DNA of 63,479 nt, taken from positions 1 to 63,479 of the IMG/VR virus record IMGVR_UViG_3300020461_000006. One strand, given 5' to 3'. Position numbers and translations under genes: made by a program. This document shows, piece after piece, positions 56,359 to 63,479 of this stretch. Numbering within the stretch: position 1 is the stretch's first letter; every line of letters starts with the position of its first letter. The notes under the pieces are model-generated. The model was given only the letters and a program-made list of their open reading frames with translations, did no database searches and had not been told where the DNA came from. Source of the DNA: a virus (Duplodnaviria; Caudoviricetes).

Positions 56359-57448
56359 GACGACGCTTTAAATCTTCTTTCTTCGTCCATCTCAAATAAG
56401 TGGCCTTATGGATTTTCTCCGCATGGCCCATCATCTCTGCAGCCACAGCGACATCAATGTGGCTGTAGTCAGGATGCGTATGCACACGCGCAGCCCAGGC
56501 ATGTCGCAAGTCGTATGTCTTGGGCTCTTCTCTCCAGGTTGCTAGGTGTCGATGGCGGGCCATGTATTTCGTCACTCGCTTACCAAGCACGACATGGCTG
56601 GCCGCAGCGTCAAATCCTGGCAGTACAAAGTCGCGAAGGTTCCAACGGTCGATCCAATCTGGATGTGCAGGAGCAACGACATGAAATCCGGTCTTGGAGT
56701 TATCCGAGATCTCGATTAACCCATCGGCGTCGGGGAGGCTGTGAAGGCGGAACGGTTCGTGGTTCCGAAGACCCCAAGTCGCGATGTAACCAAAGACGAC
56801 CTGCCAACCTCTGTTTTTCAAAGAGTCAATGAACTGCTCGACCTCCTCGTCCGATGGGAGCGTTCTTGGTTCAACGGCTTGGCTTGGGCTGTACTTATTG
56901 CATGACTTGACCCGGTCCATCCAGTTCCGGTCGAGTTCAACGCCTACTTCGACGAGGCGATTGCAGGTCACCAGTCGCCTGGTCCGCTCTCTTGAGTTTT
57001 CAGGCGAGCTTTCCACCCACTGCTCAATAACCAGCGGATGGACTGCTCCAGGAAGACGTGCAAGGGATCTGGAGTGCCTCCAGTAGTCAGGGTGCGTGTC
57101 CTGGATTTCGAGTTTCCGAAGGTGCGTCTCCAGCTCCAGGGAGAGCGCTCTCCATCCGGTGTAACCGGGTTTCTCAGCAGCCTTCTTCTGCTCCACCAGG
57201 GCGTTGGGATTGTCGTCCAGATGAAGGCACAACTTGAAGACCCGGTCAACTGCTCCAGGCTCCGTGGAGTAGACCCCAGTACTTTTCCTGTCAGATCCAT
57301 CCGGAAAAGGACAGATTGCCTTGACGTAGAACACCGGACTCTGAGAAGTCAGTCGTATCCTGAAATTGCTGCCCAACTCCATTAGGACAGCATTCTTTTT
57401 CACCCAGTTTTCTTGGCTAGTGGGTCTGCCCAATTGTTTGCCTGCCAT
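56336..57448 (-). CDS. int: Tyrosine integrase
   Basis: ATWGLRNHE, SKTG, YDLRHAWA, MMGH...H..TY; start reassigned to MAGKQ (57448) because the longer ORF reads through attP. Confidence 0.92.
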   Translation of the reverse strand: MAGKQLGRPTSQENWVKKNAVLMELGSNFRIRLTSQSPVFYVKAICPFPDGSDRKSTGVYSTEPGAVDRVFKLCLHLDDNPNALVEQKKAAEKPGYTGWRALSLELETHLRKLEIQDTHPDYWRHSRSLARLPGAVHPLVIEQWVESSPENSRERTRRLVTCNRLVEVGVELDRNWMDRVKSCNKYSPSQAVEPRTLPSDEEVEQFIDSLKNRGWQVVFGYIATWGLRNHEPFRLHSLPDADGLIEISDNSKTGFHVVAPAHPDWIDRWNLRDFVLPGFDAAASHVVLGKRVTKYMARHRHLATWREEPKTYDLRHAWAARVHTHPDYSHIDVAVAAEMMGHAEKIHKATYLRWTKKEDLKRRLRQKLAA

Positions 57449-57607
57449 CGGTTTAACCAGAGTAGGTTGAGATTGACTGCAGCGCAAGAGATCTAAGTGA
57501 CAGCAGTTGACCTCATTAGGTTGAACCAATCTCAGGCAGACAAGAAAAAATCTCGGAAACACCAAGTGGCGTCCCCAAGATCCCTTGCCTTGCAACGGTT
57601 TTGAGAA

Positions 57608-57662
57608 TGGAGCCAAGGAGACTCGAACTCCTGACCCCCTGCATGCCATGCAGGTGCTCTAC
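57608..57662 (-). other. attP core: 3' part of tRNA-Ala(GGC)
   Basis: Minus strand GTAGAGCACCTGCATGGCATGCAGGGGGTCAGGAGTTCGAGTCTCCTTGGCTCCA has anticodon arm, T arm and 3' acceptor strand; the 5' acceptor/D strand is absent; adjacent to integrase. Confidence 0.9.
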
Positions 57663-57761
57663 GTTGCGAGAGAATGGATCTCAGTGAGACTCTGCCAGTT
57701 ACTTTGCCTCTAGTGCTGAAGACCCAAACAGCTTAAGGAGAAAGATGTATCGGTGCAAACA

Positions 57762-57781
57762 GTAATAATCGCTACTAAACT
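57762..57781 (+). promoter_or_regulatory. NtcA box GTA-N8-TAC abutting -10 element TAAACT
   Basis: GTAATAATCGCTAC at 57762-57775, -10 at 57776-57781; second near-consensus GTA-N8-AAC at 57747-57760. Confidence 0.6.
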
Positions 57782-57786
57782 GGAGG

Positions 57787-57840
57787 TACGTTGGGCCGAA
57801 AGGCTGCAGTCCGCGCTCACCATGCAACGGGGGTGAGTTC
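57787..57840 (+). ncRNA. Probable glutamine riboswitch (Downstream-peptide / glutamine-II-like)
   Basis: CGTTG...GCAACG closing stem, GGCC-GAAA-GGCT hairpin, CTCACC/GGTGAG pseudoknot; upstream of DUF4278-like ORF. Confidence 0.65.
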
Positions 57841-57857
57841 TCGGTAGGAGCGATCCA

Positions 57858-57971
57858 ATGAACGTGCTTGAAATCATCCGTCGTAAGCAGATCCGCGAAG
57901 AACGGCTTCAAAATGCCCAGATGGTCTCCCTCTGCTACAGGGGTGTGATCTACGAACGAAAAGCCAAGTGA
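57858..57971 (+). CDS. DUF4278-like small protein (37 aa)
   Basis: MNVLEIIRRKQ...LCYRGVIY; AGGAG RBS; below ORF-track cutoff. Confidence 0.75.
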   Translation: MNVLEIIRRKQIREERLQNAQMVSLCYRGVIYERKAK

Positions 57972-57980
57972 TAGGTACAT

Positions 57981-58325
57981 TTGAGTGTCAAAAGTGGCAT
58001 TCAAATGTTTATCCCAAATGATGGAATAGAGAGCCCGGACCTTTTGGTTACGGGCCTTTTTTCTGAGACGGAGGCGGTAGCTAACCCATCGCACTACAAC
58101 CAAGGCGTATCTCCATACGACGTGGCTAGGACCATGTATGGAGCGGAAGGATTACTGAAGTTCGTAACAGTAAACGCTGTAAAATATGTGAGTCGTTACC
58201 CTCATAAACACAAGGGTAATCCGGACCAGCAACTTTCTGATCTGGTGAAAGCTCGTCAGAGCCTAGACACAGCTATTGAGCTGCATAAAGAAATTTACGG
58301 CAACGACATCGTCCGCCATGGGTGA
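57981..58325 (+). CDS. DUF3310 (SaV-like) protein
   Basis: NPSHYNQG, NAVKYVSRY.HK, DLVKA; start uncertain. Confidence 0.8.
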   Translation: MSVKSGIQMFIPNDGIESPDLLVTGLFSETEAVANPSHYNQGVSPYDVARTMYGAEGLLKFVTVNAVKYVSRYPHKHKGNPDQQLSDLVKARQSLDTAIELHKEIYGNDIVRHG

Positions 58326-58515
58326 AAAGGTAAAGTACGTCAGATTCCGCTTTACAGGTACTCTCGACGATCTAAATGAGATCCGAGAAGAAGTGGAAGA
58401 GGTGATGAAATCCCATGGATGGAAACGCGGATTTTCTGAGATGGCACCTCTAGAGGCCAACCCAGAAATCTATGCGCTTGCAACTGGATGGAAACGATTT
58501 AAGGACGAAGGTTAA
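58318..58515 (+). CDS. Hypothetical protein
   Basis: Start MGEKVK overlapping upstream gene. Confidence 0.5.
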   Translation: MGEKVKYVRFRFTGTLDDLNEIREEVEEVMKSHGWKRGFSEMAPLEANPEIYALATGWKRFKDEG

Positions 58516-58664
58516 CGCTTGCCCTGACCTCTGTAGATCTTTCGATTGCTCGAACGTTTAGTCCGGCCAGAGAACTTCTGTGACCGGACTCTTCTTCCAT
58601 TGCCAATACGAGTCCGCTTTGGAGTGCCGGTGACGAAGTCGACCCCAGAAATACTTCTAGACAT
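58512..58664 (-). CDS. 50-aa basic peptide ending YRGQGKR
   Basis: PKRTRIG.G...YRGQG motif recurrent in marine phages. Confidence 0.6.
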   Translation of the reverse strand: MSRSISGVDFVTGTPKRTRIGNGRRVRSQKFSGRTKRSSNRKIYRGQGKR

Positions 58665-58672
58665 TTAAGTTA

Positions 58673-58843
58673 CTAAGCTTCAAATTCTAAGCACTCAGGC
58701 CAAGTCTTTGATTTGAAAAAATCGTGCAGTTGCTTACGCTGCTGGTGGTATCGAGGCTGCTGAAAATATGGATCAGCATACAATCTTTCCACAGCCCCGT
58801 TGTATTGAGAACAGGATAAAGACCAAGCAAGTAAGAATTCCAT
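58673..58843 (-). CDS. 56-aa hypothetical protein (MEFLLAWSLSC...)
   Basis: Starts 2 nt after endolysin stop; two Cys. Confidence 0.5.
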   Translation of the reverse strand: MEFLLAWSLSCSQYNGAVERLYADPYFQQPRYHQQRKQLHDFFKSKTWPECLEFEA

Positions 58844-58845
58844 AG

Positions 58846-60015
58846 CTACTTTACAATGATTCCCCAGCCAGATCCTTCACCCTCAACTGACCAACGAGGC
58901 AGAAGGTTTTGGTAGGAGTAATGTTGATGATTGCCATTTGTGTGATTCAGATATCCGCCATTGAGGACATCGAGTTCACCATTCGGGTCGTTGACGATTA
59001 AGTAATCTTCGTCAAAACCCACGACAGTTACCCAGTGACCTTCACCTATAGGTCCAGAACTTGGACCTTCGTGGAGGATTCCAATAGGTACGGGATAGCC
59101 TTTATGAAGCTGGTCCTTAATATCGGAAAGCACAAGATCTTGCCGGAACTCAGAATCAAGCCCAAAACTTTCTAAGGCATATAGCTGAGCATATGGATCG
59201 GTTGAGTCTCCATACTCATTCACCCTTTCGAGGTAAAAGTCATCTTTATGACCCTTAAGGACACCAGGACAAAGATAATCAAGGGCCATAGCACAGGCGC
59301 TAGAGAAGCACATGCGAAAACCTTCATCTGTCTCTGAATCATTCTGTGCGAAGTAAGGAACTTTAAGTTCCACATTCAGACCATCTTGTGCAGCTGGTGC
59401 TTGGCTGTATTGATCCATTAGATCAACCAGCTTGTCCGCGTACTGAGGATCAGTCGCATATCCTTCCTTTACAAGGAGGTATGCAGCTTCATCACGGGTA
59501 GCTGCGCGATTAATGCCCTTGTACTTTTCGTAATCCTTGTACCAACGGTTGACGACATAGTTTGCAGCGTCGTCAATGCTGGTGAAGTTCTTAAACCATG
59601 CACAGGTCGTAACCCACTCGCCGTTGATGTACTCAGTCGTTTCCTTTCGAGTGCAAGTGGTTTCCGGTCGACGGCCTCCGCCCTTGACTCCCCAGTAGTT
59701 CCACTTTCCAGCGGGATACTTTCCAAAACCACTTTCAAGCGCCCACTGGGCTGCAAGTAATTCAGGAAACTTTGCACCAGCGTTGCGACCGGCAGCTGTA
59801 ATTCCGCCCCAAGTATTGTCAACCTTTTCAGGGACTGGCTTTTGTTCTAGAGGTGTGCGGAAAATCTTGACCCATGCCGCACTATCACAGACAAGCTTTG
59901 GATCAGTTTCTTCAAGGTCATCCTGGAGCCGAAGGACTGCAGCAACATGCTGTTTGTTCGTCGGATCGTAGTAACGGAAAAAGTCAGCGAGTTTCCCGGT
60001 CGGGAAGATCTTCAT
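58846..60015 (-). CDS. Endolysin: GH73 glucosaminidase + C39-like peptidase
   Basis: AQWALESGFG, NYWGVK, GYATDPQY; VPYFAQ..CFSSACAM, GHWVTVVG, VNDP. Confidence 0.88.
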   Translation of the reverse strand: MKIFPTGKLADFFRYYDPTNKQHVAAVLRLQDDLEETDPKLVCDSAAWVKIFRTPLEQKPVPEKVDNTWGGITAAGRNAGAKFPELLAAQWALESGFGKYPAGKWNYWGVKGGGRRPETTCTRKETTEYINGEWVTTCAWFKNFTSIDDAANYVVNRWYKDYEKYKGINRAATRDEAAYLLVKEGYATDPQYADKLVDLMDQYSQAPAAQDGLNVELKVPYFAQNDSETDEGFRMCFSSACAMALDYLCPGVLKGHKDDFYLERVNEYGDSTDPYAQLYALESFGLDSEFRQDLVLSDIKDQLHKGYPVPIGILHEGPSSGPIGEGHWVTVVGFDEDYLIVNDPNGELDVLNGGYLNHTNGNHQHYSYQNLLPRWSVEGEGSGWGIIVK

Positions 60016-60423
60016 CGTCTACAAATTCATATCTAGCTTCCAAGGCACCACCCAAAATTTGCTGGGCTTCTGACCCATCAGGCGGATGCTCTATGAAGCG
60101 GGGCTTTGGTGTGTCGGGTTCTGGCTGGCTATCTAACCAGGCTTGTTCGGCCTGCTTGATTTTGGACGGCAGTGTTCGATGGAATTTCTGCTCACGAATC
60201 ATCCGGCGAATGTCTTCCCAGACAGATCGTGTGTAATAAGTCCATAGAATCTGACCATCCGGCGGCCAATTTACTTTTTTCGATCCTTCAGCAGTGCGGT
60301 CAGAGCAGCGGCTAGCAGCTGGAACACGGAGTTGGATTTGAGCTTTTCGTTAGGAACAAGCGCCAAAATCTCGGACACAGCAGCAAGTACCACCCAGAAA
60401 ATGGGGGATTCAATGATACCCAT
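59984..60423 (-). CDS. Putative -1 frameshift-extended form of holin-like protein
   Basis: A AAA AAG at 60274-60280 just before the stop; the -1 frame is open into ORF 59984-60202. Confidence 0.55.
60271..60423 (-). CDS. Holin-like small membrane protein (50 aa)
   Basis: MGIIESPIFWVVLAAVSEILALVP..KSNSVFQLL..; upstream of endolysin; below ORF-track cutoff. Confidence 0.65.
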   Translation of the reverse strand: MGIIESPIFWVVLAAVSEILALVPNEKLKSNSVFQLLAAALTALLKDRKK

Positions 60424-60434
60424 ATCAAGTAAAA

Positions 60435-60716
60435 CTACTTTGCGTTTTTATTGTAACCAATCAGGATTTGGTCAAGTTTATAATCCATGCGATCGATTCT
60501 GTCGTCGAGTCGCTTCAGGATGACGCCTAGATCGTCTTTGTCGACGTAGTCCTTTGCGAGGCGTAACTCGATTGAATCAATGCGTTGATCCACTATTGCG
60601 ATGTGATTTGAGTGACTTTTGTCAATAGATTCGAATTTGCGGCCAAGTGTAAGAAATGCCGAAGCAGCTCCACCCACCACACTGAGCACTAAGCTCAGCG
60701 GAAGTACAGGTTCCAC
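60435..60716 (-). CDS. Membrane-anchored coiled-coil protein of lysis cassette
   Basis: N-terminal TM segment then coiled coil (YVDKDD...RIDRMDYKLD). Confidence 0.6.
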   Translation of the reverse strand: MEPVLPLSLVLSVVGGAASAFLTLGRKFESIDKSHSNHIAIVDQRIDSIELRLAKDYVDKDDLGVILKRLDDRIDRMDYKLDQILIGYNKNAK

Positions 60717-60792
60717 GCTATGAAAGTGCTCTTTTACCTAATATAATCGATCGGGTATCTTAAACTGAATACGAAGACTGGCTTTTATAGCT

Positions 60793-61131
60793 GTGATTGA
60801 GCCGGGTAATTACGACATAACTATTCATCAAGGTGCAACCTTTTCGCTGGATCTGCAGTATAAGGATGCATCTGGGAATGGTGTAAATATGGCTGGGTAC
60901 TCAGTTGCAGGGAAGCTAGTCAATCGCCTGAATACTGCAACAGTTGCGACGTTCACTACGAGCTGGGTTGATCAGTCAATTGGCAAGTTTCGAATTAAAT
61001 TAGCTGCGGCCACAACCGCTGCTTTCACTGAAGAAAGCCAGTATGACTTGATGATCACCGAGCCTGGTGGTGATAAATATTATCTGCTGCAAGGAAGGGC
61101 TCTGTTTGATCCTGGATTCTCTGGAGTGTAA
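60793..61131 (+). CDS. Tail fibre/baseplate adaptor-like protein
   Basis: YDITIHQGATF...YDL...YYLLQG pattern. Confidence 0.65.
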   Translation: MIEPGNYDITIHQGATFSLDLQYKDASGNGVNMAGYSVAGKLVNRLNTATVATFTTSWVDQSIGKFRIKLAAATTAAFTEESQYDLMITEPGGDKYYLLQGRALFDPGFSGV

Positions 61132-61421
61132 TGAGCCACGACGCCAAGGTCCAAGTTTCTCCTGCGCTATCAAGCGTTGTTCGAGTCACAGAGACCGAAA
61201 ATCAGGTCACGGTTACACGTTCCACTTCTGCGAACGTTGTTTCTGTAACTGCAACGGGACCGCAAGGCCCCTCTTTTGCCGGTAGTTCCTTCATGGACAC
61301 CGCTGCAATCGATGCCCTGACATCAGGGGACCAAGGAAAAGTTCTGGAATGGAACGGATCGGTGTTCACCCCGACCAATGTTCTAGATGACGATCTAACC
61401 CTGCATGGAGGTGCCTTCTAA
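61131..61421 (+). CDS. Tail-fibre-associated small protein
   Basis: GPQGP, VLEWNG, terminal GGAF. Confidence 0.6.
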   Translation: MSHDAKVQVSPALSSVVRVTETENQVTVTRSTSANVVSVTATGPQGPSFAGSSFMDTAAIDALTSGDQGKVLEWNGSVFTPTNVLDDDLTLHGGAF

Positions 61422-62339
61422 ATGGCAGTAACTTTCAAGATAAAACGAAGGGCCAGTAATGGCGCATCGGGAAGCCCATCGCAGCTCGCCTCGGGTGAGT
61501 TGGCATACAACGAGGTAGCCAGCGATAACACTCTGTACTACGGCTATGGAGATAACGGGTCGGGCGTGGCTACAAGTGTGGTCGCTATCGCAGGGGCTGG
61601 TGCTTACGCCACCCTGTCTGGCAACCAGACCATCAATGGCGACAAGACCTTCACCGGCACGCTGACATTCAGTGCTGCAACCATCGTTGGTATTGACACT
61701 GATGATGTTGGAGAGGGTGCCAACAACCTTTATTACACAGACGCACGCACCAGAGCAGCCCTAAGCGCTACCACTGGCTCTGGCGTCACCTATAACACCA
61801 CCACTGGTGTAGTTGCACTAGCCAACATCCCCAACAGCTCGCTGGCTAACAGCAGCGTCACGGTGAATGGCGCGACCATGAACCTGGGTGGGTCGATGAC
61901 CGTCCAGGGCACCACCAATGAGGTGGAGGTCAGCAACACAGGAACCACGGTCACTGTTGGTCTGCCGAATGACGTCACCATCGGCAATGACCTTGTGGTG
62001 ACAGGGGACTTGACGGTTAATGGCACCCTGACAACGCTGTCCTCGACAGAGGTCCGCGTGGAGGACAAAAACCTCCTGCTCGGTGACACCGCTACTCCGA
62101 CAGACGTCACCGCAAACGGTGGTGGCTTGACCCTGGCTGGAGCCACAAGCAAGGAGATCAATTGGTACAGCGCCACCAATGCGTGGACGTTTAACCAGGC
62201 GATCAACATCACCAACAGTGGCACGTTCATGATCGCCAACACTCAGGTGCTGAATGCATCTCGGGTGATGTCAAACGTGGCAATTACTGGCGCAAATAAC
62301 ACCATCGATAACGTCACCCTTGATGGGGGTACTTTTTAG
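61422..62339 (+). CDS. Tail fibre protein
   Basis: IKRR...PSQLASGELAYN, EGANNLYYTDAR, VTGDLTVNGT, terminal LDGGTF. Confidence 0.75.
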   Translation: MAVTFKIKRRASNGASGSPSQLASGELAYNEVASDNTLYYGYGDNGSGVATSVVAIAGAGAYATLSGNQTINGDKTFTGTLTFSAATIVGIDTDDVGEGANNLYYTDARTRAALSATTGSGVTYNTTTGVVALANIPNSSLANSSVTVNGATMNLGGSMTVQGTTNEVEVSNTGTTVTVGLPNDVTIGNDLVVTGDLTVNGTLTTLSSTEVRVEDKNLLLGDTATPTDVTANGGGLTLAGATSKEINWYSATNAWTFNQAINITNSGTFMIANTQVLNASRVMSNVAITGANNTIDNVTLDGGTF

Positions 62340-62342
62340 ACC

Positions 62343-62669
62343 ATGGCAAACACCATTCGCATAAAGCGAAGTGCAGTAGGGGGCAAAGTCCCCACCACAT
62401 CGCAGATCTCTTTGGGCGAGTTAGCAATTAACACGACTGACGGGAAGCTTTACACCCGCAAGGAGGTGAGTGGTGTTGCCTCGATTGTTGAAATTGGGGC
62501 TGGGGGTGGAGGCATCTCTGGTCCCATCCTCCAATCCAAACAAGTGATTGATTCAAATGTGAATATGACTACTGGATACAATGGGTTATCTATTGGCGAT
62601 GTGGAGATTGCCAACGGATACACCGTTGAAGTACCTGCAAACTCCACCTGGACAGTGAGTAATCTCTGA
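62343..62669 (+). CDS. Tail-fibre-associated protein
   Basis: IRIKRSAV.GKVP....GELAINTTDGKLY. Confidence 0.7.
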   Translation: MANTIRIKRSAVGGKVPTTSQISLGELAINTTDGKLYTRKEVSGVASIVEIGAGGGGISGPILQSKQVIDSNVNMTTGYNGLSIGDVEIANGYTVEVPANSTWTVSNL

Positions 62670-63055
62670 TGGCATACGGAACAGTTAAGGTCGATCAGAT
62701 CACGACCAGTACGCAAACACTTACGATCGATAACCTGGCAACACAGTCCTATGTGACTAGCCAGGGGTTCGTGACCAGCAGTGGTCTGTCGGGTACTTAT
62801 GCAAACCTCGCATCACCAGCTTTTACTGGGGATATCGAGCTGTCAGCACAGGCCCCTATCAAATTTATGGATGCCGATAGCTCGCATTACGTTGCGTTCA
62901 AGGCACCAGCAACTGTCGCTGCAAACGTGACCTGGACCCTGCCAGCGACAGACGCAGCAGGGCAGTTGACATCTGACGGTTCGGGACAGCTCAGCTGGGC
63001 TGCTGCCAGTGGAGGCGGTGGCGCATCGATAGGACTGGCCTTGGCTCTGGGTTAG
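62669..63055 (+). CDS. Tail-fibre-associated protein
   Basis: YANLASPAFTG, DSSHYVAFKAP...TWTLP, SDGSGQLSW. Confidence 0.7.
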   Translation: MAYGTVKVDQITTSTQTLTIDNLATQSYVTSQGFVTSSGLSGTYANLASPAFTGDIELSAQAPIKFMDADSSHYVAFKAPATVAANVTWTLPATDAAGQLTSDGSGQLSWAAASGGGGASIGLALALG

Positions 63056-63479
63056 TCCAGAGGATCGTCGAAGATCACAACGTCTTCACCAGATCCCCCG
63101 AACAAACTTTCGCCGCTGACGAAACCGGCGCTACTGATTCCTGCAGAAGTCGTTCCACCGCTGAAGATGATGGTGTCGTCACCCTCGTCCTCAGGAGTGA
63201 TCACCACTGGATCAGGCTCAGGAGTGGGCTCTGGTTCAGGAGCAGGTTCTGGCTCAGGTGATGGCTCAGGATCAGGGGTAGGTTCGGGGATCTCAGGCTC
63301 GAAGTCGCCCAAGGTGATCAGTCCCCACAGCCCAGCAGCATTCAACGCCGCATAGATCTCTTGGAGCTGCTCGTCAGTCAAGGTTGCAGAAGCCAGCACC
63401 AAATCAATGCAGTGCTGAAGTGCGGTCAGGTTCGGCTGGCCCAGCTTGGCATCAACCATTGCTGAAAGGAACTGAGTAC
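63052..63479 (-). CDS. Pro/Glu-rich hypothetical protein, 5' end beyond right edge
   Basis: Frame open to window edge; PEP repeats. Confidence 0.55.
   Translation of the reverse strand, partial: TQFLSAMVDAKLGQPNLTALQHCIDLVLASATLTDEQLQEIYAALNAAGLWGLITLGDFEPEIPEPTPDPEPSPEPEPAPEPEPTPEPDPVVITPEDEGDDTIIFSGGTTSAGISSAGFVSGESLFGGSGEDVVIFDDPLD

Larger units (their letters stand above)
1..63479. mobile_element. Temperate siphovirus genome (partial, non-integrated form), probable cyanophage
   Basis: Complete head/tail/packaging/replication/lysis/integration gene set with no host housekeeping genes; attP intact with phage genes on both sides; cyanobacterial-type NrdJ, NtcA box and tRNA-Ala(GGC) att core. 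Confidence 0.95.

Noticed and set aside
57449-57649. 66-aa N-terminal extension of the integrase in the ORF track
   Set aside because: It is a translation of the tRNA fragment and att arm sites; MAGKQ at 57448 is the plausible start
57608-57680. Complete tRNA-Ala gene
   Set aside because: The 5' acceptor and D-stem strand are missing, so it is interpreted as the attP core
63190-63300. Tandem DNA repeat near right edge
   Set aside because: Simply encodes a Pro-Glu linker
1-63479. Diversity-generating retroelement, photosynthesis AMGs or DNA-modification cluster
   Set aside because: No reverse transcriptase, psbA/hli, methyltransferase, purZ or queuosine-pathway genes recognised in the window

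Overview
The whole window is most of the genome of a temperate, lambda-like-tailed siphovirus, in excised/virion (non-integrated) form. The host is very probably a picocyanobacterium (Synechococcus/Cyanobium-like). Minus strand 1-32.6 kb holds the virion operon: terminase, DUF1073 portal, SPP1 gp7-like protein, a cluster of basic head proteins, DUF2213, decoration protein, DUF2184 capsid, neck, tail tube, G/GT chaperone, tape measure, M/L/K/I-J tail tip and tail fibres. Minus strand 33-46.8 kb holds small early genes and recombination/nucleotide genes. Plus strand 46.9-56.4 kb holds primase-helicase, PolA, dCTP deaminase and class II RNR. These are followed by an integrase next to an attP made of the 3' part of tRNA-Ala(GGC), a DUF4278-like gene with an NtcA box and probable glutamine riboswitch, a lysis cassette, and a plus-strand tail-fibre cassette. 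The most notable observations are: (1) a Cys-containing 'RxD-K-x-CG-x-S-x-I-x-x-x-x-KC-x-K' tag shared by four unrelated basic head-module proteins, with RxD also at the N-termini of capsid, portal and DUF2213, suggesting a capsid cargo-loading/processing system; (2) a ~210-nt multi-stem ncRNA candidate; (3) a UCUCUCUCACC(U) leader motif before early genes; (4) a probable programmed -1 frameshift in the holin-like gene; (5) iterons inside the primase gene. All protein family calls come from motif recognition by eye; no database search was run.
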